DNA of 64,000 bases from the human T2T-CHM13v2.0 reference genome, Homo sapiens. A program made the position numbers and the translations under genes. This document shows, piece by piece, positions 10,451 to 21,215 of this stretch. The first letter of the stretch is position 1; each line of letters begins with the position of its first letter. The stretch lies in the NCBI RefSeq assembly GCF_009914755.1, contig NC_060936.1, one strand, 5' to 3'. The notes beneath the pieces are model-generated. The model was not told the origin of the DNA. It saw nothing but the letters and a program-made list of their open reading frames with translations, and ran no database searches.

Positions 10451-13400
10451 GGGGCCTTGCTGGAGCGGGGAGAGCTGTTTGTGGGCCAGCTGCCCTCTGA
10501 GGAGATGGTCATGACAGGTGAGCCCTGGAGGGCCCCGGGGCTGCTCTTCTCTTTCCGTGGGTCGGAGGGAGGCTTTGTCACCATGGGATGAGCGCCCCCA
10601 ACCCTGGCACAGGCCGTGCAGGCTGGTGGGAGGACGCACCAAGCCCACCGTGGAAGATGGATGGTGGCGTTGGGGCAGGGGTGACATGGGTGCCCTGCAG
10701 CTGAGTGTAGATGAACACTGGACAAGGTACGACTTTTTGTGTGCTTTGCACCCCTTTTGTAATTTGATGTTGACTGATCCTGACACGGTCGCTTAAACTC
10801 GGAGCTTCCTTTATGTCCCCATCCTGGGGACGTCAGGTCTTGGAGTAAAGAGAGGGGATGTGGATCCTGCTCCTGGCAGCTTGGCTGGGGCAGTCCTTGG
10901 GTAGGAGGTGCTCTTCCTGTTTGCAGGGCTCAGGGAATGTGCTGGTCTCAGCACAGGTCTGGGGGCCTTAGCGACCTGTTTCCACCTGCGGAGGCTGAGT
11001 AGAAGACAATGGGAGGGTGGAGCCAGGCCTGAGATTTTGGGCTGGGCCCAGGGTGGCGTATGTGGGCCTCACGTGGGCTGACCACCCTAACCTGTCTGCA
11101 GGGTCCCAGGGAGCCACACGGAAGTACAAGGTGTGGATGAGACACCGCTATCACAGCTGCTGCAATCGCTTGGGAGAGCTCCTGGGCCACCCCTCCTTTC
11201 AGGTCAAGGTGGGTCATTGGGCTGGCCTCATCCTTGTCCATCCCCTGCACCCCAACTCCCAGGTTATCCACAAAGCAGAGGTCTGGGGCTCCCACAATTG
11301 TCCAGGCAAAGCTGCTTCCTTCATGGGAGCATCACCCTGTGGGTGTTCAGTCCCATTCAGAAACATGGCTATCGAGTCCTGTAGTGAATATTGAAGACGC
11401 AGAATCCGTGTTCATTTCCAGTGGCATCCACGGGGATCTCTGTGTTTGCATAGAGCACGCACACCAAGCCTCGTGCCAGTCCACAGATGTGTTTGCTCAG
11501 ATCACACTGTGGTCTGCAGCCATGGGAATGCATTATGAGCTTTCTTAAAATCTGTAGTGAGGAATAACTGAGGCACAGTTTACCGTTTAAAGCTGAGAAG
11601 TTAGCATCTGTTACTGTGTTGTGCAGTGGTTGCCGCTATCCCAGAACATCTTTATCGCCCCGAAAAGAAATCCTGTACCAGTTACCATCGCTTCCATATC
11701 CCGCCCCTTTCCACCCCCAGCCCCAGGCAGCCACTCCTGGATCAGTGGTTACTTCCTGGATCAATGGGTTTGCTTTTTTTAGACGCTCCTCATAAGGGGG
11801 ATCATACGGTATGTGGCTTTTTCCACTCATCGGCGTGTTCGAAGTTCGTTCTCTTTGTGGCTGAGTAGCAGCGCGTCGTATAGCACAGCACGTATCGTTC
11901 AGCCGCTCGTAGGTTGCTGGGCATTTGCGTCGTTTCCACCTTTGGCTGTTACGAACAGCGGACTGTGAACGTTCGCGTACAAACTCTTGTGTGATGTTTC
12001 TTTTGCTTGAATATGCCTTATCAGTGGAATTACAAGGCCACACAGCAGCTGTGTTTTTAATGTTCTGAGGAACTACAAGACTGTTTTCCATAGTAGCTGC
12101 GCTATCTTACCCTCCCCCTGGCAGCATTTGAGAGTTCCATACTCCACATCCTCGCCAACACGTCTGTCTATAATTATAGCCGAGCTGCAGACTTTTAAAT
12201 GTTGGGGAGATACCACGTGAAAATAACCAGTTTCCACCTTCTCAGAAAGAAATAATCAGTTCTGTCAACACGGGGTCTAAGTTTGTTCATGGCTGCGATT
12301 GGCTGGAGGGAGAGTCAGAGACAGCTCTGAGACAGCCGTGTGCTCCTGTCATCCCGCACGAGGCTCTTTTGCTTTGTGGTGTCATTTGCCTGGGCCCTGA
12401 AAGCACTGAGTTTGCCACCCCGAGATGAGAGCTTCCAAGCCTGGGTCTGAGTTGGGCACCATGCTGGCATCACACGCCTGTGTTTTCACAGCTGTTCCCA
12501 AGGGTTATGGTGGCATTCCCGTGACACAGGTGACGAGAGAGCAGTCAGGTGGCCCATAAAGCAGACCTGGGCTGTGTACCCTTCCCCCGCCAGACTCTGT
12601 CGTGAGCACTGGATCTCTTTAACTAGAGATCTTGTCATCTCTACGTCATGGGTGGGACACGGAAGCCCAGAGTGGCATCTGGTGGCGTGTGGAGCAAGAG
12701 AAGGCCCGGCCGCCCTTTTCTCAGCTCTGGGCCTAGATGGGAGGGGCTCCCTGACTGGGCTGAGCTCTGGGCCCATCCGTGGGGTGAGGGCATCACAGCC
12801 ACCCTGCACTGCCCCCTTCCCAGGAGCTGGCCCTCAGCGCACTCCTGAAGTTCGTGCAGCTGGAAGGAGCGCACCCCCTGGAGAAGTCCAAGTGGGAAGG
12901 CAACTACCTGTTCCCCCGAGAGCTCTTCAAGGTGAGGGCCTTGCTGGGGACTCCCAGAGGGCCTGGCTGGCTGGCCAGATCCCAGGATGGCCCCGTAGTG
13001 GGGGCGGGGCCTGCTGAGCTGAGCCTGGCTGTTGGCTGGGACACTCCTGTGGCTCCTGTGGCCCACCCAACCAGGAGGAGTCTGCCTGGGGGGCTCGATG
13101 GGGCAGGGCTGCCTGCCTGGACCTTGCTGGCGTATGCTGGGCCGGGCAGGGCTGCTCACTGGTCCTTGCCCCTAGTTGGTGGTGGGAGGCCTGCTGTCTC
13201 CTGAGGAGGACCAGAGCCTGCTCCTGTCCCAGTTCCGGGAGTACCTGGACTACGACGACACCCGCTACCACACCATGCAGGCAGCCGTGGATGCCGTGGC
13301 CCGGGTCACTGGCCAGCACCCCGAGGTGGGTGATGGGGTCCTGTCGCCAGCATCATGCTGTTGCCTCCCAGGGAGGCAGGGACTGGGGGGCGGCGTCCAG

Positions 13401-16400
13401 GCACTCAGGCCAGGCTCCGCAGGTGCCCCCCGCCTTTTGGAACAATGCCTTCACGCTGCTGTCTGCCGTGAGCCTGCCCCGCCGGGAGCCCACCGTCTCC
13501 AGCTTCTATGTGAAGCGGGCGGGTGAGTGTGCTGAGAGTCAGGGGCGGACAGGGCTGAGCCTTGGTCTGCCTCCCCTGCGGGTCAGGTGACCTTTGCCCT
13601 CGCTTTCCCTGCAGAGCTGTGGGACACCTGGAAGGTTGCTCACCTGAAGGTGAGTTGCTTCTGGAGAGCCGGGCACCCTCCCGGGTTTGGGGGTGTGTGT
13701 GGGGTGCATGTGAGACCCCATGGAGGCTGCCGCCTTCCTCACCAGAGGAAACTCCCAGGGTACAGGTGGCAGCTTGCACGGCCACCAGGTCACTCGAAGT
13801 GTGGGAGGTGACGAGACCTGTGAACTCGGGACCCTCCCTTGGGTCAGAGGCCACCGCCGCCTCTTGGAGTCAAGCCTCTGGTGCCACCTGTGGGCCCCGT
13901 GGGCTGTTTTGGGCGCAGCCCCCCTCTTGGCCATGGTCTTGCCAAAGCTGCTTTCTTGGCTGTTCTGAGACTCCAGCCTCGAGGGCAAGGCGTACCTGAC
14001 TTGAATGGGGACAGGAAGAAGGAAGGCAGGGTCAGAAAAGTGGAGAGCAGGCTTGTGTTGGCTCAGGCTGGGCTTCGGGGTGCCCTGGCAGCTGCTCGGG
14101 CTCTGGTCTGGGGTGGGGAGGGCGGCGAGTGCAGTCTGGACCCCGTTGCAGGAGCACAGGAGGGTTTTCCAGGCCATGTGGCTCAGCTTCCTCAAGCACA
14201 AGGTAGGGGCCAGGCCGGGGAGGGGGCGGGGGCGGCATCCGGGTCTCCCCCAGGGCGGAGGCCTCACCCCGACCCGCCGGCCCCCGCCCACCCGCCCCTC
14301 ACCCCCACCTGCCGGCCCCCGCCCAGCTGCCCCTCAGCCTCTACAAGAAGGTGCTGCTGATTGTGCATGACGCCATCCTGCCGCAGCTGGCGCAGCCCAC
14401 GCTCATGATCGACTTCCTCACCCGCGCCTGCGACCTCGGTGAGTGCCGCCGCCTCACTCATACCACACCCCTAATCCCCTCGGTGAGTGCCGCCGCCTCA
14501 CTCCTACCACACCCCTAATCCCCTCGGTGAGTGCCGCCGCCTCACTCACACCACACCCCTAATCCCCTCGGTGAGTGCCGCCGCCTCGCTCACACCACAC
14601 CCCTAATCCCCTCGGTGAGTGCCGCCGCCTCGCTCACACCACACCCCTAATCCCCTCGGTGAGTGCCGCCGCCTCGCTCACACCACACCCCTAATCCCCT
14701 CGGTGAGTGCCGCCGCCTCGCTCACACCACACCCCTAATCCCCTCGGTGAGTGCCGCCGCCTCGCTCACACCACACCCCTAATCCCCTCGGTGAGTGCCG
14801 CCGCCTCGCTCACACCACACCCCTAATCCCCTCGGTGAGTGCCGCCGCCTCGCTCACACCACACCCCTAATCCCCTCGGTGAGTGCCGCCGCCTCGCTCC
14901 TACCACACCCCTAATCCCCTCGGTGAGTGCGGCCGCCTCACTCACACCACACCCCTAATCCCCTCGGTGAGTGCGGCCGCCTCACTCACACCACACCCCT
15001 AATCCCCTCGGTGAGTGCGGCCGCCTCGCTCACACCACACCCCTAATCCCCTCGGTGAGTGCCGCCGCCTCGCTCACACCACACCCCTAATCCCCTCGGT
15101 GAGTGCCGCCGCCTCGCTCACACCACACCCCTAATCCCCTCGGTGAGTGCCGCCGCCTCGCTCACACCACACCCCTAATCCCCTCGGTGAGTGCGGCCGC
15201 CTCGCTCACACCACACCCCTAATCCCCTCGGTGAGTGCGGCCGCCTCGCTCACACCACACCCCTAATCCCCTCGGTGAGTGCGGCCGCCTCGCTCACACC
15301 ACACCCCTAATCCCCTCGGTGAGTGCGGCCGCCTCGCTCACACCACACCCCTAATCCCCTCGGTGAGTGCGGCCGCCTCGCTCACACCACACCCCTAATC
15401 CCCTCGGTGAGTGCGGCCGCCTCGCTCACACCACACCCCTAATCCCCTCGGTGAGTGCCGCCGCCTCGCTCACACCACACCCCTAATCCCCTCGGTGAGT
15501 GCGGCCGCCTCGCTCACACCACACCCCTAATCCCCTCGGTGAGTGCCGCCGCCTCGCTCACACCACACCCCTAATCCCCTCGGTGAGTGCCGCCGCCTCG
15601 CTCACACCACACCCCTAATCCCCTCGGTGAGTGCCGCCGCCTCGCTCACACCACACCCCTAATCCCCTCGGTGAGTGCCGCCGCCTCGCTCCTACCACAC
15701 CCCTAATCCCCTCGGTGAGTGCGGCCGCCTCGCTCCTACCACACCCCTAATCCCCTCGGTGAGTGCCGCCGCCTCGCTCACACCACACCCCTAATCCCCT
15801 CGGTGAGTGCCGCCGCCTCGCTCACACCACACCCCTAATCCCCTCGGTGAGTGCCGCCGCCTCGCTCACACCACACCCCTAATCCCCTCGGTGAGTGCCG
15901 CCGCCTCGCTCACACCACACCCCTAATCCCCTCGGTGAGTGCCGCCGCCTCGCTCACACCACACCCCTAATCCCCTCGGTGAGTGCCGCCGCCTCGCTCA
16001 CACCACACCCCTAATCCCCTCGGTGAGTGCCGCCGCCTCGCTCACACCACACCCCTAATCCCCTCGGTGAGTGCCGCCGCCTCGCTCACACCACACCCCT
16101 AATCCCCTCGGTGAGTGCCGCCGCCTCGCTCACACCACACCACTAATCCCCTCGGTGAGTGCCGCCGCCTCGCTCCTACCACACCCCTAATCCCCTCGGT
16201 GAGTGCGGCCGCCTCGCTCCTACCACACCCCTAATCCCCTCGGTGAGTGCGGCCGCCTCGCTCCTACCACACCCCTAATCCCCTCGGTGAGTGCGGCCGC
16301 CTCGCTCCTACCACACCCCTAATCCCCTCGGTGAGTGCGGCCGCCTCGCTCACACCACACCCCTAATCCCCTCGGTGAGTGCGGCCGCCTCGCTCACACC

Positions 16401-18697
16401 ACACCCCTAATCCCCTCGGTGAGTGCCGCCGCCTCGCTCACACCACACCCCTAATCCCCTCGGTGAGTGCGGCCGCCTCGCTCACACCACACCCCTAATC
16501 CCCTCGGTGAGTGCCGCCGCCTCACTCCTACCACACCCCTAATCCCCTCGGTGAGTGCCGCCGCCTCGCTCACACCACACCCCTAATCCCCTCGGTGAGT
16601 GCCGCCGCCTCACTCCTACCACACCCCTAATCCCCTCGGTGAGTGCCGCCGCCTCGCTCACACCACACCCCTAATCCCCTCGGTGAGTGCGGCCGCCTCG
16701 CTCATACCACACCCCTAATCCCCTCGGTGAGTGCGGCCGCCTCGCTCACACCACACCCCTAATCCCCTCGGTGAGTGCCGCCGCCTCACTCACACCACAC
16801 CCCTAATCCCCTCGGTGAGTGCCGCCGCCTCGCTCACACCACACCCCTAATCCCCTCGGTGAGTGCGGCCGCCTCACTCACACCACACCCCTAATCCCCT
16901 CGGTGAGTGCGGCCGCCTCGCTCACACCACACCCCTAATCCCCTCGGTGAGTGCCGCCGCCTCACTCACACCACACCCCTAATCCCCTCGGTGAGTGCCG
17001 CCGCCTCACTCACACCACACCCCTAATCCCCTCGGTGAGTGCGGCCGCCTCGCTCACACCCCCAACCCCCACCCCGCAGCACCTCTTCCCCGATCCCACT
17101 GCCTCCACCCCCCACTCCCCTGCCCTGCATGTGGTCTCCAGCTTTGTGTCCGTGGGGGCTGTGGGAGGGGACAGCAGGGGCAGAGGCCACACTCCACAGA
17201 CTTACACTCAGTGTGGGCAGGGGGTAGGGTGGGAGCGAGGTCACTGCAGCTCCAGCCTGTGTCTGTCTGTCCGCAGGGGGGGCCCTCAGCCTCTTGGCCT
17301 TGAACGGGCTGTTCATCTTGATTCACAAACACAACCTGTGAGTGTCACCAGGGGTGCAGGTCTTCTTCCCAGTCTGCCCAGCCCTGCTCCTCTGTCCCCT
17401 TCCCACCCTGCCCCACGGGGTCCCCGCTTTCCTCACAGGCCATGGTGTTGGAGTCCCTGGGCGGGAGGAAGGGGCGCCGAGTGAGACCCTGGCCTTGGAG
17501 GCCTCAGTTCCCGGGCCCTGCTCCATCCGTTGCTCCTTCCCCCCGGCCCGCAGGGAGTACCCTGACTTCTACCGGAAGCTCTACGGCCTCTTGGACCCCT
17601 CTGTCTTTCACGTCAAGTACCGCGCCCGCTTCTTCCACCTGGCTGACCTCTTCCTGTCCTCCTCGTGAGTACCAGGGCACCTGGCTCTGCCCTGCTCTGT
17701 GCGGCTGCAGCCTGGGGCCAGGGGAGGGTGGTGGGGGCTAGCAGTCCGGGCCCTGTCTCACAACCACTGCCCTGCCCAGCCACCTCCCCGCCTACCTGGT
17801 GGCCGCCTTCGCCAAGCGGCTGGCCCGCCTGGCCCTGACGGCTCCCCCTGAGGCCCTGCTCATGGTCCTGCCTTTCATCTGTAACCTGCTGCGCCGGCAC
17901 CCTGCCTGCCGGGTCCTCGTGCACCGTCCACACGGCCCTGGTGAGTTGCGGGGCCCTCGGAGGCTGGGCTGGAGCTGGGGCGGGGGTGCCTGGTGCTGTG
18001 GACGGCAGACAAGGGCCCACGTCTCATTCCTAGAGTTGGACGCCGACCCCTACGACCCTGGAGAGGAGGACCCAGCCCAGAGCCGGGCCTTGGAGAGCTC
18101 CCTGTGGGAGCTTCAGGTGAGGGCGCTGCTGCCACACCCTGGGGCCTCCCGAGCCATCCTTCGGCCCCTCAGAAAGCCCAGCTCCCCGTGCCACCTCCCG
18201 CATAGCCTCATGTTGCGTCCCCAGCTGGCCACCTGGGTTTGTGGGTGCTGGGTGCTTGGCCTTCTCACGTGGCTCCGTCCCGACCCCGCCCACTCTGGTT
18301 GGGAGCACAGGGAGGCCATGGCTGGGGGCACAGGGCGGGGGCCTGGGGCAGCTGCCTCTTAACGGCCCTACTGCCCCAGGCCCTCCAGCGCCACTACCAC
18401 CCTGAGGTGTCCAAAGCCGCCAGCGTCATCAACCAGGCCCTGTCCATGCCTGAGGTCAGCATCGCGCCACTGCTGGAGCTCACGGCCTACGAGGTGCGGA
18501 ACTGGGCCAGGGTGCGAGGGTCTGGGCCACGGGGCGCTGAGCCAAGCCTGAGAGCCGCCGTGCTTTGTGCTTTGCAGATCTTTGAGCGGGACCTGAAGAA
18601 GAAGGGGCCCGAGCCGGTGCCACTGGAGTTTATCCCAGCCCAGGGCCTGCTGGGACGGCCGGGTGAACTCTGTGCCCAGCACTTCACGCTCAGCTGA
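10032..18697 (+). CDS. NOC4L: Nucleolar complex protein 4 homolog NOC4L (Noc4/CBF-Mak21 family, NOP14 partner, 40S biogenesis), 15 coding exons, 516 aa
   Basis: Hand-spliced: join(10032..10148,10397..10517,11102..11208,12824..12931,13176..13325,13423..13522,13615..13649,14152..14202,14327..14438,17277..17337,17554..17664,17780..17940,18034..18116,18380..18493,18578..18697) = 1551 nt, all GT-AG, frame continuous. Starts MEREPGAAGVRR (Kozak GGCggcATGG), contains LEYPDFYRKLY, AAFAKRLARLAL and ALESSLWEL, ends AQHFTLS-TGA. Confidence 0.97.
11545..12185 (-). mobile_element. Old L1M (L1MB-like) 3' fragment in NOC4L intron 3
   Basis: Typical phrases CCAGAACATCTTTATCGCCCC, CCCCAGCCCCAGGCAGCCACT, TTTCCACCTTTTGGCTGTTACGAAC, CTCCACATCCTCGCCAACAC. 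Confidence 0.75.
12185..12423 (+). mobile_element. hAT-Charlie DNA transposon relic (MER102-like)
   Basis: Ends TGCCTGGGCCCTGAAAGCACTGAGTTTGCCACCCC and contains GATTGGCTGGAG, resembling the MER102 consensus as I recall it. Confidence 0.45.
14434..17060 (+). repeat. 44-bp VNTR in NOC4L intron 9, ~60 units, each containing the exon 9 donor CTCG|GTGAGT
   Basis: Unit CCTCGGTGAGTGCCGCCGCCTCGCTCACACCACACCCCTAATCC. The GT falls at 14439, 14483, 14527 ... 15671 ... 16331 ... 17035; (17035-14439)/44 = 59 exactly. Confidence 0.98.
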
Positions 18698-18752
18698 CCC
18701 TGGCCCACCTGTGAATAAATCTCAGCTGACCCCAGCCCACCTGTGAATAAAT
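18689..18752 (+). repeat. 32-bp tandem duplication of the NOC4L stop codon plus poly(A) signal
   Basis: CTCAGCTGACCCTGGCCCACCTGTGAATAAAT followed by CTCAGCTGACCCCAGCCCACCTGTGAATAAAT (2 mismatches). Confidence 0.95.
18714..18751 (+). terminator. NOC4L tandem poly(A) signals (AATAAA at 18714-18719 and 18746-18751)
   Basis: Two AATAAA hexamers 16 and 48 nt after the TGA, inside a 32-bp tandem duplication, followed by TGTTTTT. Confidence 0.9.
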
Positions 18753-19049
18753 GTTTTTGCAGGAGAAAGGCTCAGGGAGTGTGGACTGGGGCGGCTGGAT
18801 GCCTCTGCCAGGCCGAGGGCCTCACATCTGCCTGAGCCCACCAGGCACATGGCAAAGCGAGGCCCCTGCCGACTCCACAGCCTGGGAGGGGATGGTGGGG
18901 AACCTGAGGCGTGGTCTTTCCCAGGGCCTCCGGCCCACCAGTGTCACCGGTCACCCAGCCTCCCTCATCCCCTGGCCCCAGTGACCTCCCTGTTGGCAGA
19001 GCTCGGGGCCTCTGCTGAGGTTACACTCCAGACACCTGGGAGGGAGCAG

Positions 19050-19330
19050 GGTTGGGGGGGGTTCTCTCTGCCTGGGTCAGTTGTGGTGGGAGGTGTATGG
19101 TGGTGTAGACGGGTATGGTGTGTGTGGGAGTGAGGGGAGGTGGTGTGAGTGGGGGGTCAGTGTGACGGGGGAGTTTGGTTGTGAGTGGGGGTGTTGGTGT
19201 GAGGGGAGAGTTGGTGTGAATGGGGGGGTGGTGTGTGTGGGGGGTGGGTTAGGATTAGTGTGAATGGGAGGTTGGTTTGAGTGGGGGGTGTTGGTGTCAG
19301 TGGGGGGTTGGTGTGAGTCGGGGGTTCCTG
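19050..19330 (+). repeat. G/T-rich low-complexity tract downstream of NOC4L
   Basis: Runs of GGGGG, GTGTG and GTTGGTGTGA with almost no C. Confidence 0.8.
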
Positions 19331-19399
19331 TGAGTGTCAGCATCCCACGCTGGCTGTGTCCTGCCGATCTGGCCTTCGTTCTGGGAGCCCCGCGAGGCC

Positions 19400-19520
19400 C
19401 CGGGTGGATGCCGCGTGGAGTTCTGGGTGGATGGTGCGTAGAATTCCGGGTGGGTGCTGTGTAGAGGCCCCGGGTGGATACTGCGTAGAGTTCCGGGTAG
19501 ATGCTGCGTAGAGTTACAGG
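19400..19520. repeat. Short degenerate ~23-bp tandem repeat (GGGTGGATRNTGCGTAGAGTTCC), ~5 copies
   Basis: Recurring GGGTGGAT...GCGTAGA...TTCC units. Confidence 0.6.
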
Positions 19521-20689
19521 CAGTGCCTGGGCCCCTCTGGAGTTCCCTGCCCCCACCCCCGTGGGAGGCCCTGGTCCAGCTGCAGTGGAGTTTCCCCCGC
19601 TGTGGGAGGCGCTGGTCCGGCTGCAGCACAGCCTTGTTATCGGGGTGTTTATTTTTAGGGAACCAAATTTATACCAAACAAACTAGGTTTTCTGTCTACA
19701 CAGTGACCCCCAGTTTCCTTTTGACAGTCTGCTTATTCGAGGACAGGGTGGGATGGGGCACTGGAACAGAGCTTGGTGCGCGTGGGTGTGGCTGGGGAGG
19801 GCGGGGAGTGCCTTGGCCGTGGCTTGGGGGTGTCACCCTGCCGGCCCAGCATTGGCCGGGACCCTCCGTGTGCCCAGCGGGGTTTTGGGGGGCAGAGTGA
19901 TGGTGGAGATGTTGCCTCTGCTCCCAGCATCCCCCTGGCTGCTTCCCTCTGCCCCAGCGGGCTCCTCAAGTGAACTGGCTCCTGCCCCAGGGCCTTTGCA
20001 CCAGCCACAGCTGTGGCCTCTGCCGCTTTTCCCTGTGTTGCCCTGGTTTGAACGTCCCGTCCCCGTCCCCCCGGGAGGCCTTCCCTGGTACCCCGTGCGT
20101 GGTAGTCCTGCACAGGCGCCCCTCCTTCCCCACTCTTCATGCTGTCCCGCCCGAGCCCTCTCAGCACTCCCGCTGCAGCAGGGCAGACAGGGCCCGTCCT
20201 CTTGCTGTGTCCCAGGCAGCCTGTCACACCGGGTACGCTCCAGAGCCCTGGCCCCCCTCCCCGCCCTCCTTGGGCTCCTGGGGCAGGGCTGGGCCTAGGT
20301 GCTGGCATCCTGAGCTCATGCGGCCACCAGAGGCCGCTGCAGCCTTGCCCAGGCCTGCAGCGCCCGAGCTGCCCTGCTAGGTTTCACCTCGCCGGGGTCT
20401 GCAGTATTTCCTGCTCGGATTCAGCCAGGGCCTCCCTCCTGACATCACGGAGGGTTTGTGCTGGGCTGTTAGGCGGATCTCGGATGATGGGCGAGGCCAG
20501 GAGGAGAGTGAAAGCGCCTCCGAGTCAGCCAGGCTTGGATTCTGTCGTCAGAGGGGCTCTGTGTCTAGCAACCTCCACGTAACCGTGTTCGGTCCTCTGC
20601 TCCCTGTGTTCCCCGCATGAGCCGGGCATGAACAGGGACCTCCTTCACCGCCTGAGGTCCCCTCTCCCTGGCTGGTGACCCCCATCTCT

Positions 20690-20937
20690 GAGAGCACGGG
20701 GACGTCCCCTGTGCTGTGGAGGAGCGTGTGCTCTCCGAGATCCAGGTGCTGCCCCCGAGGAGCGCATGCCCTCTGAGATACAGGTGTTGCCGCCATCCCC
20801 GAGAGCACGGGGACGTCCCCTGTGCTGTGGAGGAGCACCTGCCCTCCCAGATCCAGGTGTTGCCGCCATCCCCGAGAGCACGGGGACGTCCCCTGTGCTG
20901 TGGAGGAGCGCCTGCCCTCCCAGATCCAGGTGCTGCC
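20690..20937. repeat. ~73-bp tandem repeat, 3 copies plus a partial, with an internal palindrome GGGGACGTCCCC
   Basis: GAGAGCACGGGGACGTCCCCTGTGCTGTGGAGGAGC at 20690, 20801 and 20874. Confidence 0.85.
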
Positions 20938-20959
20938 CACCAGGCGGTGTTAGGAGTGC

Positions 20960-21215
20960 CTCGTCCGCAAGGGCGCCATCCTTGTTAATGGGATTCAGGC
21001 CTTTGTAAAAGTGGATTCTTCACGTGGTGCTGAGCCGGCTGCTCTCTGGCCTTTGGCCTCCTGTCAGGTTGGGCGCAGCCAGGAGGCCCTCGCTAGAGGC
21101 TGGTGCCTTCATCCTGGACTTCCCGGCCTGCGGAACTGGAGAGAAGACAGTGTCACTTTTTAGAAGTTACCTGCTCTCAGGTAACCTGTAACAGTGGTGC
21201 AGACGGACTGAGACA
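20960..21215 (+). mobile_element. MaLR LTR fragment (MLT1/MST-like)
   Basis: CCTTCATCCTGGACTTCCCGGCCTGCGGAACTG ... CAGACGGACTGAGACA resembles a MaLR 3' terminus. Confidence 0.65.

Noticed and set aside
14434-17060. CRISPR-like array or recursive (ratchet) splice sites
   Set aside because: There are no unique spacers or cas genes and the context is eukaryotic. Recursive sites need YAG|GT, but the units have TCG|GT; the only AG is a weak GAG within the donor, despite a branch-like CTAAT.
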